Origin: a virus
Lineage: Duplodnaviria > Caudoviricetes
Direction: 5' to 3' (one strand)
DNA length: 64,000 bases
Virus record (IMG/VR): IMGVR_UViG_3300037400_002732
Location: 1 to 64,000 of that record
The notes beneath the pieces are model-generated. The model worked only from the letters and a program-made list of their open reading frames with translations. It was not told where the DNA came from and did no database searches. Shown here in pieces: positions 54,144-63,994 of the stretch (position 1 is its first letter; each line of letters begins with the position of its first letter). Made by a program: the position numbers and the translations under genes.

Positions 54144-55176
54144 AAGTCCACCCCGGTGCGTACTTCTTGAGAATCTGCATCACGTTAAGCAAGAAACCCC
54201 ACAAGGCAATTTCTTGGTCAACTTGGTGGTTGGACTGGTACATGGCATTGGCCAGCGTAACACCGAACGGAATGAGCGTTTCCTCCGGCAGACGGTCAAC
54301 CGCATAGTCGCCGAACTGACGATACACGCCTTGGCAGAACGGAATGTTCTTGGAAATGTAGTAACGGAGTTCGCGAGCCTTGCACTGCACAGTCATTTCG
54401 AAGATGGTCTCGATTGTCGTGCTAGGCATTGACGGAATGCAACCGACGATGCTTCCGCCGTTTTCGAGGAACGAACGGTGCATGGACGAGATCATTCTAC
54501 GAATATCTGGGTAGAACTCGTTGACGATGTTAGCAATGAGCTTCTTGTCGAACGTGCCGCCCTTGGCCTCGCATTCACCCTTGGCAATACGGCAAAGACG
54601 GTGGTACACGCGGGTCTTGTATTCCTTAAGTTCAGCCTCGGCCTCTTCTTCGTCATTGATCTTCGCGGAGAAGTCGATGGCATGGCAGCGAGACTGGATT
54701 GCTTGCGGAATACGCCAGAGTTCGTTGCATGTCAAGATAAACCGAAGCGTACTGGAAGTGTCCTCGATTTCGGACTGGAGAACACGATAAAAATCAGCTG
54801 GCTTGTTCGGCTTGTCGGCCTCGTCGATAATGACAAACTTGGGCTGTCCGTCCGGAGAGCTGTACTTTGAATATTCATCGATCATGTCGATGATTTCGGA
54901 GTCGCGCTTTCCGAATAGAAATAGTGACTGGGCCCCAACTATCTGAGGGATGGCCTTCGCAAGCGAAGTCTTTCCAGTACCCGGCGATCCGGAATGTAGG
55001 ATATAGTTGTCGAACGAGTTCATTTCGATAGCGTTCTTGAACAGCTGCTCCACGTTCTTGTGAAGGATAATGCTTTCCAAGTCCGTGCCACGGTACTTTT
55101 CTTCCCAAGGAAGGTTACTGTTGACTAGTGACTGTGCGTCGTTCTTTGCATTCTGTATGTCGTTAATGTTGAACAT
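54133..55176 (-). CDS. Clamp loader AAA+ subunit (T4 gp44/RFC-like)
   Basis: WEEKYR, GSPGTGKTS, IIDEAD, FILTCN, SRC, PDIRR. Confidence 0.93.
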   Translation of the reverse strand: MFNINDIQNAKNDAQSLVNSNLPWEEKYRGTDLESIILHKNVEQLFKNAIEMNSFDNYILHSGSPGTGKTSLAKAIPQIVGAQSLFLFGKRDSEIIDMIDEYSKYSSPDGQPKFVIIDEADKPNKPADFYRVLQSEIEDTSSTLRFILTCNELWRIPQAIQSRCHAIDFSAKINDEEEAEAELKEYKTRVYHRLCRIAKGECEAKGGTFDKKLIANIVNEFYPDIRRMISSMHRSFLENGGSIVGCIPSMPSTTIETIFEMTVQCKARELRYYISKNIPFCQGVYRQFGDYAVDRLPEETLIPFGVTLANAMYQSNHQVDQEIALWGFLLNVMQILKKYAPGWTYGV

Positions 55177-55192
55177 AGATAAACTCTCGTGT

Positions 55193-55510
55193 ATGAATGA
55201 TCGTTTTGTTACTTACCTTTCTTCGAGGGGCACGTTGGCATCACAAGCCGCACTGGCACTTTACGAACAAGTGTGCAGTGACGTGAACGCTCCGCCAGTG
55301 TCGCCGGGGACACCTTGTTGTACTCAGGAACTCGACGAAAACGAGTATTTCGACGAGCCGACACTAGACGACGAAACGCTTGAACGCGTTCACGCTGCAA
55401 AGACTGGTCGCCGCACAGTGCTTGCACCATCAGCTGGACGCACATCGCTCGGCATAATGGGTAACTCGATGCCGGAAAATGTGTGCGCTGACACGTCGGC
55501 TTCAACTTAA
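55193..55510 (+). CDS. Small hypothetical late protein
   Basis: ATAAACT at 55179-55185, 7 nt before the ATG. Confidence 0.6.
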   Translation: MNDRFVTYLSSRGTLASQAALALYEQVCSDVNAPPVSPGTPCCTQELDENEYFDEPTLDDETLERVHAAKTGRRTVLAPSAGRTSLGIMGNSMPENVCADTSAST

Positions 55511-55534
55511 GTTTTCTTACCTTCATAATTTCTC

Positions 55535-58501
55535 CTAGAACATGGCGAGCATGAAATCGCTCTCGTCGTATTCGAGCTGTTCGCCCCAGCCGACTGCCTT
55601 GAACAGACGGCCAAGAACTTGCGCCACGCAGACCTTCCAGTGCTCTTCCCAGTCTGGATGGAATATTTCCAACAAACGACGAGGGCACTCCTCACCGGTG
55701 TAGCAGATGACGCTCACCTTGAACAAATCGTCGGCCTTCTTAATGAATCTGATCTTGGAGCCAGCCGACACTGGTTCGAACGGATATTTCGACAATTCCG
55801 GATCGTGCTGGATCAAGTAGTTCCATACCGTACCAGCCTTGACACGCCAGTCGATCTTCTTGCGTTCTTCGGACGGCATGTGTTCAAGCACTTCAAGTGG
55901 AGGCGGCTCGTTCTTGACACCGCAAGGACATGCGATGTAGTTGTAGTTGCCAGCGGTAACAGAATCGAAGAACTCCTTCTTTATCTGGAGCAATCGGTTA
56001 CGCACCGTGGCCTTGTCCATGGTGTCCATCATGAGGTTCACCATGTCCATCATACGATCCTTACCGAACAAAGCGGTAGAGCTTCGTACAAGTTCCAGAC
56101 CAGTAATTGCGTATTCCGGCTTGACATCAAGAGTTCCCTTGACCCACTTGCCGTCTTCCTTGTGGCCTTGGTCAAGGTAGACGATGTCTTCCATTGACTC
56201 GACCAAGCAGATGTACTTTTTCTTGGCAGTGACAATCGCCTTGAAAATGCACTTCTCTCGCTTGAGGAACAACTCGTTGACCAAGTAGTTCCACTTCTCC
56301 GCATAGCTCAACATGTAATCATCGAGTTTTTCTTCGAGGATATACGCATCGAGGATGCGGCAGAAGTCAGTCAGACGATAGCGGTTGTAGATTATCCTAT
56401 AGTCGCCGCACATGAAGATGCCGTCGGCAAAGGTAATCTGCGCCTTCGTCCAGCCAGTCTTGTCGTCTGGCGTATTCATTTCTGGCCCAGTCCAAGATTC
56501 ACCGCCGTACTTCTTGCACAGACGGTGGAACGCAATCTTGGACTGCTGGACGTGTTCAGTGTCGTACGAATAACGTTCCACGCACTCGTGCGTGTTGCCG
56601 CTCTTCTTGAACACGATGACTTCGGTGCCAGTTCCTTGCTTTTCGTGGAACGGGCCGAAGATGTCGCCGAACTTCACAAAGAAAGAGTCGGTATCACCGT
56701 GGCTCATTCTCTTGTAGTTGACTTCGCCTTCCGCGTCAGTGAACGTGCCGACCAGTTCCGGATCGATCGTTGGCGTGTAACCAAAGATTTCCTTGAACTT
56801 CGGGTCATGTTCGATTTCGTTGTTGATGTATTCGGACAACTGAGCAATCGTGTACTTGATAAGACGCTGGCCGTAAGCGGTAATTGATGCGGCGTTGTCT
56901 ACGTCGTACAGTGCAAAGAATTCAGAACCCATCAAACCATACAGAGAGTTACCAAGAACCTTGTACACTTTCTGCATCATGTCATAGACTGCAGTCAGTT
57001 CCTTGTCGCCAGCTTTCTTGGCTTTCTTCATCAACTTCTTCAAGTCAGAACGACCGTCGAACAGAAGCCTTGTGACTTCCGGAACGACGCCGACCTTGTC
57101 CTTTCTGAAGTAGACTTGGTAACGGCCATTATGATCCCAAGGCGACTTGATAAGATTCTTCTTTTCTTCTTCTGTCAATACATAGTCTATCGGGAACGTA
57201 ACCTTCATTTCCGGCGACGTATTAAACGTCATCATGATAGAAGGATATAGTGATCGATAGTCATACGAAACCAAGTATTCCTTATAACCAGGAACAGAGT
57301 ACACAAACGCGCCAGGGAACACTTCCTTGTGCTGCTGGCGATACGGCGGGAAAATACGATTAGTATGGTGAAGATGGTCAAGCATGAAGCCAGTGAGCAT
57401 CTTCTTTGACTCAAATACGGACGAGAACGGAACGCGAGCGGCGGCTGCGGACGTAACAGCAAGGCGGAACATCTTCGCCTTGTCTTCAATCTTTACAAGA
57501 AGCTTAACGTCTTGGAAGTTATACAACACATAGTCTTCCCAGTGATTCTGCCATGACAGATAGCCATCAGGAAGAGGAGCCTTATGCTCGCCAACAATCT
57601 TTTCACCAATATAATCAAGTTTGTACGAAGACTCTTCAGAGAACGTGTACTTCTTATACAGCTTTAGAAAGTCGATGACTTCCGTGCCGTTAATAACAAG
57701 TTCGTTCTTGTCGTTGACGTAGGCGTGTTTATTCTTACCACGCATACGAGATAGTAAGTCTAGCGAAATACGGTCTCTCGGCAGAAGCTTTTCATTTATC
57801 TGCTTCAGTCGATTGCAAATGTACAAGGTATCGAAGTCGAAGTTCCAACCAGACAATATGTCAACGTCGTTGGAACCAATGCAATAAAGTACTTGAGTAA
57901 TCAGTTCGGCTTCGTCTTTACAGAGGATATACTGCGCGTTGTTTTTGCGTAGAAATTCCTTTCCTTTGTCAGAAATATCCTTGGCGACGCCGTAAACGTA
58001 ATAGTTATTAGTCTTCGAGAAGTAAATTGTAACTACGTTGATCGGATATTTCGCTTCCGTCGGTAGTGAGAAACGACCAGTAGTGGCGTTTTCAATATCG
58101 AGGAACGCAAGGTTAATATCCTTCATGTCCGGATGAATCACACCGGTTTCAGCATAGTGTTTCTGGAGAAAACGACCGCGTGGGTCAATATCAATTTCGG
58201 CAAGATGGTTGTTAGGGCCAGCATTATTCTTCTTGATAGCCTTTTCCAGCTCGTATGCAGATACATTGTTCTGCGGGCGAACTTCAACCTTGTAGACATC
58301 CCTATCCCAGATATCCTTCATGCCGCAAGGCTTTGCTCCATATTCGCCTTGCTTGTCTGTATAGAATTCGTGAACCGACGGAACGGCGTCCATCGTGCCG
58401 TCCGCATACCACACGTACATTCGGTCGCTTTCCGTGTCATGGAAAATCGACCGCCACATGGGTCTTTTCGGTTTCGCTTCTTCTGGTGTTACTTGAGCCA
58501 T
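55535..58501 (-). CDS. Family B DNA polymerase (gp43-like)
   Basis: Exonuclease DIE, GWNFDFD, YNFQDV; polymerase YDYRSLYPS, KVLGNSLYG, HGDTDS, KKKY. Confidence 0.97.
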   Translation of the reverse strand: MAQVTPEEAKPKRPMWRSIFHDTESDRMYVWYADGTMDAVPSVHEFYTDKQGEYGAKPCGMKDIWDRDVYKVEVRPQNNVSAYELEKAIKKNNAGPNNHLAEIDIDPRGRFLQKHYAETGVIHPDMKDINLAFLDIENATTGRFSLPTEAKYPINVVTIYFSKTNNYYVYGVAKDISDKGKEFLRKNNAQYILCKDEAELITQVLYCIGSNDVDILSGWNFDFDTLYICNRLKQINEKLLPRDRISLDLLSRMRGKNKHAYVNDKNELVINGTEVIDFLKLYKKYTFSEESSYKLDYIGEKIVGEHKAPLPDGYLSWQNHWEDYVLYNFQDVKLLVKIEDKAKMFRLAVTSAAAARVPFSSVFESKKMLTGFMLDHLHHTNRIFPPYRQQHKEVFPGAFVYSVPGYKEYLVSYDYRSLYPSIMMTFNTSPEMKVTFPIDYVLTEEEKKNLIKSPWDHNGRYQVYFRKDKVGVVPEVTRLLFDGRSDLKKLMKKAKKAGDKELTAVYDMMQKVYKVLGNSLYGLMGSEFFALYDVDNAASITAYGQRLIKYTIAQLSEYINNEIEHDPKFKEIFGYTPTIDPELVGTFTDAEGEVNYKRMSHGDTDSFFVKFGDIFGPFHEKQGTGTEVIVFKKSGNTHECVERYSYDTEHVQQSKIAFHRLCKKYGGESWTGPEMNTPDDKTGWTKAQITFADGIFMCGDYRIIYNRYRLTDFCRILDAYILEEKLDDYMLSYAEKWNYLVNELFLKREKCIFKAIVTAKKKYICLVESMEDIVYLDQGHKEDGKWVKGTLDVKPEYAITGLELVRSSTALFGKDRMMDMVNLMMDTMDKATVRNRLLQIKKEFFDSVTAGNYNYIACPCGVKNEPPPLEVLEHMPSEERKKIDWRVKAGTVWNYLIQHDPELSKYPFEPVSAGSKIRFIKKADDLFKVSVICYTGEECPRRLLEIFHPDWEEHWKVCVAQVLGRLFKAVGWGEQLEYDESDFMLAMF

Positions 58502-58618
58502 ACAAATACTTTTTAACGGTTAATATGTAGTAATAAACAATTTGAATTGCAAATTAGGGGATATAAGCGAAAAACCAGCCTTTTCCGGCTGGTTCAATAC
58601 GTTTATCACGGTGATGAA

Positions 58619-59143
58619 TTATTGCTGTGCTGCGGCTGGTGCGCCTTCGGTCTTCTGTTCGGGCTTCGGGTCAGTCGCTTTTTGTTCTGGTTTAGGATCG
58701 GCAGCTGTCTGTTCTTGCTTCTGTTCAACGGTGGGTTGGGAGTCCGCATTCGAGGCTTCGCCATTTGTTACCGATGAAACTGGTTGTCCACTGTGCCATC
58801 CACGGAATTTGTTGTTAATCTTGATTGACATGCGCAACGGCTGGCCTTCTTGAATATTGTTAAGTTCAACGTTGACTAAATGCCCACTCAACTTTGACAA
58901 TATAGAGCTTCCTTCGGAACCGCCGATAACATAGCCATCTTCCGCCTTATTGAGTGTGACTGAACATCCGTTAGCAAACTTGATCACCACAGTACCGTCG
59001 TCGGATTCCATAATGGGTTCATCCGCACTTTCCAAGACAGCGTTCGGCCTATAGACAATTCCGCCCATATCGTTCTCGATAGGCTGATTGGACACTCGGT
59101 CGAATTCCTTCATTATAGCATTGTCGTTATATACCGAAAACAT
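58619..59143 (-). CDS. Hypothetical late protein (paralogous N-terminus)
   Basis: ATAAACT at 59173-59179; C-terminal DPKPEQK repeat. Confidence 0.75.
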   Translation of the reverse strand: MFSVYNDNAIMKEFDRVSNQPIENDMGGIVYRPNAVLESADEPIMESDDGTVVIKFANGCSVTLNKAEDGYVIGGSEGSSILSKLSGHLVNVELNNIQEGQPLRMSIKINNKFRGWHSGQPVSSVTNGEASNADSQPTVEQKQEQTAADPKPEQKATDPKPEQKTEGAPAAAQQ

Positions 59144-59248
59144 AAAATACTGTACCAGTTTGGTTTAATCCTAGTTTATAGGTTAAGCATTATGTAGAAA
59201 CACAAAAACCCGCCATCACTGGCGGGTATGTAGTGCAAAGTATATAAG

Positions 59249-59872
59249 TTACTTCGAGGTCTTCGGCTTCAGATAAGAAGAAATCTGGTCAAATCGCTTC
59301 AAGACTTTTTCAGCATCGGCAGCAGTCTTCTTGTCGGTTACCAAGCTGTTGACGCCTTTCTTGAAAAGCTTGATGTTGTCGTCAAGGGCATCTTGCTTCT
59401 TGCAGCTCTCTTCGAACTTCTTTTCCTTGTCAGCATCCTTCTGGTTGCTGGAGGCAGCCGACTTGGCGGCAGAATCGAACGAGCTACCAGAACCAGCCTT
59501 GGGAGCCTTTTCGGACTTCACCTCGGTCGTGGTCTTGACTTCAGTCGTCTTACCATCGTCCTTCTTTTCCTTGGCATCGACATTTTCAACAACCTTACCG
59601 TCGTCCTTCTTCTCGCCAGTCTTTGCCGGAGCAGCCTTGGCGAGCTTAGGATCGGAAGCGGTCTTGGCCTTGCCGACCTTCTTCTTAGTTTCATCGACAC
59701 CTTCGCCAGAGCACCAGCTACCTGTATCGATCTTGTGTCCGTTGAAGTCGAGGATCGACTCTACAACAGGCTTGGGATTGTGGACAAGGCTATACGGTTC
59801 GTCGTCAATAGGTTCTGCAGAAATCCTATCAAATTCAGCCATAATAGCGTCATCTTCATATACATTAAACAT
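59249..59872 (-). CDS. Lys-rich hypothetical late protein (paralogous N-terminus)
   Basis: Start MFNVYEDD after GAGG SD and ATAAACT at 59904-59910. Confidence 0.75.
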   Translation of the reverse strand: MFNVYEDDAIMAEFDRISAEPIDDEPYSLVHNPKPVVESILDFNGHKIDTGSWCSGEGVDETKKKVGKAKTASDPKLAKAAPAKTGEKKDDGKVVENVDAKEKKDDGKTTEVKTTTEVKSEKAPKAGSGSSFDSAAKSAASSNQKDADKEKKFEESCKKQDALDDNIKLFKKGVNSLVTDKKTAADAEKVLKRFDQISSYLKPKTSK

Positions 59873-59981
59873 AAACACCTCATGAGTTGTGTTTTTGCCA
59901 AGTAGTTTATAAGTTGGACAAAAATTTTTATAAAAGTACCGACAATCCGATAAACTCACACATAGCTACAATGGATTTGTT

Positions 59982-60632
59982 ATGCCAGTTCAAAATATTC
60001 AGCCCAAAGACGAAACCGAAACAACTATCGTTACTCCTCCAGCATCCATCGTCGATGAGAAGGTTCCGCCCAACGTCAAACTTCTGGCGGACAGATACGG
60101 CAAGTCAACTAACGAAGTGCAAGTAGAACTTGACAAGAAGATGCGCGACATCAATACGGAACAGTTGAAGAATCCGCCCAGTCTGAACGACGACGAAACT
60201 ACGCCGCAAGCCCAAGTTCGCATCCAAGCCATCAATGAGCTTGACGACGAGTACAAGCGTGGTGAAGGCCCAGAGGAAAGCGACGAAGTTACCTACGATG
60301 AGCTGGCCCAAGATGTCGCAACGGACATAGGACAAGATCCGAACGCAATGGACTTCAACATGTTCGCTCCGTTCGAGCAAGACTCGGCCAATCAAATGTT
60401 CAACGACATCAACACGATCAATAGCGAGTCGCCAGTAAGCGAATCGCCGACCGAAGACACTCTTGACGGACTTGCCGACTTGGCTGAACCGGAAGACGGT
60501 GAAGCGCCCACAAGCGAGCCTAGTGCCGAAGATACGACTGAAGGTACGACTGAAGAAACTCCAGATGCTCCGGAGACACCGAAAGACGATCCGTTCGTCG
60601 ATACTGAAATCCCAGATATCCCAGCACCGTAA
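59982..60632 (+). CDS. Acidic hypothetical late protein
   Basis: ATAAACT at 59950-59956. Confidence 0.75.
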   Translation: MPVQNIQPKDETETTIVTPPASIVDEKVPPNVKLLADRYGKSTNEVQVELDKKMRDINTEQLKNPPSLNDDETTPQAQVRIQAINELDDEYKRGEGPEESDEVTYDELAQDVATDIGQDPNAMDFNMFAPFEQDSANQMFNDINTINSESPVSESPTEDTLDGLADLAEPEDGEAPTSEPSAEDTTEGTTEETPDAPETPKDDPFVDTEIPDIPAP

Positions 60633-60637
60633 TCACT

Positions 60638-61072
60638 ATGTCAGAATACACGCAATACATCAACTTCATCGAGTCTGTATGCAAGACATACAACGTCGAG
60701 CAAGCCATTCCGTTGCTGTGCGACGGATTCACCAAGTTCTATGCTGCAGCGAATCCTCAGTGCGAAGGAATGTTCGGCGACGTAATGAAGAAAGCTGGAA
60801 AGGCAGCCGCCATTGGCGCACTGGCATTCGGCGCGGCCAACGCAGAAGCTGCACCAAAGCACAAGGCAGTAACTCAACCGCATAGCAAGCCAACCACCAT
60901 CGTCACATCCAGTACGCATCACAACCTCTGGAAGAACCAGCAGTACCAAGATAGAACGATGGAAATTTTCAACCAAATGGTTGCCGAGAGGAAAGCTCAA
61001 GGAAAACCAATCAACGAGCAAATCCTATACAGCAAGGCCCAGATGAAGGCGATGGCTGAATTGAACAAATAA
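60638..61072 (+). CDS. Hypothetical protein, possible head ejection protein
   Basis: EGMFG..KAAAIGALAFGAANAEA internal hydrophobic segment. Confidence 0.65.
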   Translation: MSEYTQYINFIESVCKTYNVEQAIPLLCDGFTKFYAAANPQCEGMFGDVMKKAGKAAAIGALAFGAANAEAAPKHKAVTQPHSKPTTIVTSSTHHNLWKNQQYQDRTMEIFNQMVAERKAQGKPINEQILYSKAQMKAMAELNK

Positions 61073-61074
61073 AG

Positions 61075-61098
61075 AAAAGGCGACCGTTAGGCCGCCTT
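61075..61098. terminator. Terminator, near-identical to 28048-28071
   Basis: AAAAGGCGACCGTTAGGCCGCCTT. Confidence 0.7.
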
Positions 61099-61124
61099 CC
61101 CTTTTTTTGGAGGAGAGAAAGAGT

Positions 61125-62417
61125 TTAATTCTCGTGATACGTACACTTACGGAGGAAGATGCCGTTACCGTACGTCATCATCGTACGTCCATTCGTGAAG
61201 TTGTGCTGGAGCAAGAGATCCGGACAACCAGAGTTACGGATCATCATCGTGAGCACGTCAAGCGGAATCTGGATTTCGAAGCCTTCCTTTTCGACGATGC
61301 AATCGCCCACGCTAAGGTTGACATGAATGCGTTCATCTTCAAGCCCTTCGATGCCAATCAGTCCTTGTTCGATAGCATATACGCGAACCTTGCCAGTGGG
61401 GTTGACATAATTCATATCGAAGTAAGTTCCGATAGCGGCAGCGACTGAATCAGCCGTAATCTTGAAGACACGTTCCATACCTTCGTTGTTATAGGTTTCG
61501 AGCTTGGAGTCGCCACAGTCGGCAACGAGTGTAGCAAACATGCCAGTGATGCGAATCTTCTTGAGCTTTGTACTGATGTCGATAACGACATTCAAAGACA
61601 AATCCATGTCAAGCGCATTCACGAGCGGAATCGCCTTGAAAGTGGTGGCTGGGACAGAAATGCTGAAGTCAGACTCGTTATCGAACTTCTTGCCGTTTTC
61701 GCTGTTGTCTGTAACCATGACGGTGTTCTGCATCGCCGTGGCGATAGTGCAGCTTTCATTACCAGTACGGTAAGACACGCGACCGTTCTTACGGTGAATT
61801 TCGACGGTGTCAAACTGGTAAATGCTGTCGATGATGGTGTTGAACGAGATCTGATCCATCGCAAGACGGATATTAAAGTCGTCGTCAGTCACCTTCGGAG
61901 TTTCAAACGGCTTCTGCGGTTCAAAACCGACTTCGAGTTCAAAGCCATTCATGTCTTCGTTGAAGAATCCGCCGAGATACAGCTTGCCTTCGCTGACCCA
62001 AAGGGCCGCACTGGTTTCACGAGTACTCATCAAGTGGCGAACGGCGTTGCAAAGGTCGTAAATGTTAATATACACGGTTTCCGGCAATTCCACGGAAAGC
62101 GGCAGAGCATCAATCTTTACACTAATGCCGCTTTCGGTTTCAATGTGAAGCCAAATCTTGTTGTCCTTCGGATCCACATCCGTATAGAGTCGGGCAACGG
62201 TGTTCTTGTCAAGCAGCGACTGTTCAATGAGGGACAGTCCTTGGCCGAAACGGCCTTGCAGCACAAACAGAGTAATCGGAAGGCTATCGTCGGCAGCAAT
62301 AGCTTCTTCGGTCTCCGGCGCATCTTCGCTCGGAGCCAGATTGTTGTAGTCGTTGAGCATTTCGTGCAATGAGTTGGCACGAATCTTCTGATCTTCGGTA
62401 AGTTGAATTTCAGCCAT
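61125..62417 (-). CDS. Hypothetical protein, possibly a sliding-clamp-like fold
   Basis: 430 aa, acidic, three repeats of a helix/strand pattern; near the polymerase and clamp loader. Confidence 0.4.
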   Translation of the reverse strand: MAEIQLTEDQKIRANSLHEMLNDYNNLAPSEDAPETEEAIAADDSLPITLFVLQGRFGQGLSLIEQSLLDKNTVARLYTDVDPKDNKIWLHIETESGISVKIDALPLSVELPETVYINIYDLCNAVRHLMSTRETSAALWVSEGKLYLGGFFNEDMNGFELEVGFEPQKPFETPKVTDDDFNIRLAMDQISFNTIIDSIYQFDTVEIHRKNGRVSYRTGNESCTIATAMQNTVMVTDNSENGKKFDNESDFSISVPATTFKAIPLVNALDMDLSLNVVIDISTKLKKIRITGMFATLVADCGDSKLETYNNEGMERVFKITADSVAAAIGTYFDMNYVNPTGKVRVYAIEQGLIGIEGLEDERIHVNLSVGDCIVEKEGFEIQIPLDVLTMMIRNSGCPDLLLQHNFTNGRTMMTYGNGIFLRKCTYHEN

Positions 62418-62494
62418 AAGTAGTTCCTTTTGTTTTTAAATTATATTAAAAGGGGACACGATAGACGTGCCCCCTATAAATTCATTTCCGACAG

Positions 62495-63994
62495 CTAGAT
62501 ATTCGTCATCGCACCGATAACTTCATCTTGCTTGTCAACGGCTTGCTGGGAAGGGCCATTATCGGCACCGAACTCAGTTTCGACATCCATTGGTTCACTC
62601 GGCATCGACGTATCAATTCCTTGGGCTTGATCCATCATGTCAGCAAACGAACCATCGTTCATGAAGCTACTTCCGCTAGGTACGTTACCTTGAAGAACAT
62701 CCGGTGCAACCGATTCATCCGACAACGGCTGAGTAGCATCGCCGCCAGTGATCTTGCCTTCGCTCGGCAACTGGCTAAGGCTATCAGTACCAAGTTCAGG
62801 AGCCTTCGGCGTCTCTCCAGCAGTGAATACTTCTGGGAAGAGTTCTTCGAGCTTGTCGTTGAATTCAACTTGAGTAACATCTGCCGAACCAGTATTGTTA
62901 AGATATTCAATGAACTTTTGAACTTGTTCATCGGTCACTTCGGCATTTGCAAGAAGTGCATAGTCCTTAGACTTCAAGAATGCATTCACAATATCCAACG
63001 GCTTTTGTTCCTTGACGCCAGTAGTACCATTATATATTTCGCTACTACTCAATGAAATTCCAGAATTCTTCTTCGAAGCACTTTCTGCCATTTCATTGGA
63101 CGTCATCTTAGCAAGCAAATCAATGGCGGATCCATTCTCGTCATTATTAGTCAACTCAGTCAAAGAGTCACGCAGCTTGTCACCAAAATTACCCGGCACA
63201 TCGCCATCGTTTGAGGCATCCGTACCGTTCACATCACCACCGTTCATGCCAGGGACATTCGTCGGAGGCGGAAGGTCTTCTTGACCAGGCTCCATAGCAA
63301 ATGCGTCAGCACCCGGTGCTTGCTCGCCATCTTCAAGAAGATTAACTGCGTTGCAAAGGTTAAGCAGCTGGCCGAGTTCACTGCCGACAGATTCGTGATA
63401 AATCGAGCTGTCTGTAGCTTGCCAAGAATTGCTTAAATCTTCGGTGCCGTTGCCAAGACCATTGACATATTGCATAGTGTCCAAGTCATTGCCGACATTG
63501 TACTTGTTATTGGATGCAATAAGGTCATCGCAAGTCTTCAAGATAGTGTAGCCGAAGTTCTTGGTGAACTGGGGACTGGTGAGAGCAACCTCGTAGATGT
63601 TGGATAAGCCAGTATCAGCCGTAAGCTTAACCGTGATATTCTCATTTTCGTTCGGATAATACAGTTCGACGAGCATGTCATGGTTACGGCGATTGATAAC
63701 AAACTTACAATGAGTTTCCTTCATATCGATACTGGCAAGATTCATACGCATGCCACGATATGCCGTATTGGTTACCGCCTCGGTAAAGACCTTCTTATAA
63801 AGGTCGCGAGTCGTAATCAAGTTCTTCCCATACGTCAGCGGCTTGTTCATATCGTATTCACGATGATCCCAGTTTTCGCCATCTTGAGGCTTGCTTACTG
63901 GCTTGGGAGTCTGCTTGGTAAGCATCTTGATAACTTTTGTCTTGGAAGGGACAACTGGGCCACTTTCCGTCGAAACATAGACCAATTCCTTCAT
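62495..63994 (-). CDS. Acidic hypothetical protein, probably 5'-truncated by the window edge
   Basis: At least 499 aa; the frame stays open to the end of the window. Confidence 0.7.
   Translation of the reverse strand: MKELVYVSTESGPVVPSKTKVIKMLTKQTPKPVSKPQDGENWDHREYDMNKPLTYGKNLITTRDLYKKVFTEAVTNTAYRGMRMNLASIDMKETHCKFVINRRNHDMLVELYYPNENENITVKLTADTGLSNIYEVALTSPQFTKNFGYTILKTCDDLIASNNKYNVGNDLDTMQYVNGLGNGTEDLSNSWQATDSSIYHESVGSELGQLLNLCNAVNLLEDGEQAPGADAFAMEPGQEDLPPPTNVPGMNGGDVNGTDASNDGDVPGNFGDKLRDSLTELTNNDENGSAIDLLAKMTSNEMAESASKKNSGISLSSSEIYNGTTGVKEQKPLDIVNAFLKSKDYALLANAEVTDEQVQKFIEYLNNTGSADVTQVEFNDKLEELFPEVFTAGETPKAPELGTDSLSQLPSEGKITGGDATQPLSDESVAPDVLQGNVPSGSSFMNDGSFADMMDQAQGIDTSMPSEPMDVETEFGADNGPSQQAVDKQDEVIGAMTNI

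Noticed and set aside
56350-56680. About 100-aa insertion after the DTDS motif of the DNA polymerase as a possible intein
   Set aside because: No N-terminal Cys/Ser block or His-Asn C-terminus; treated as a lineage-specific insert
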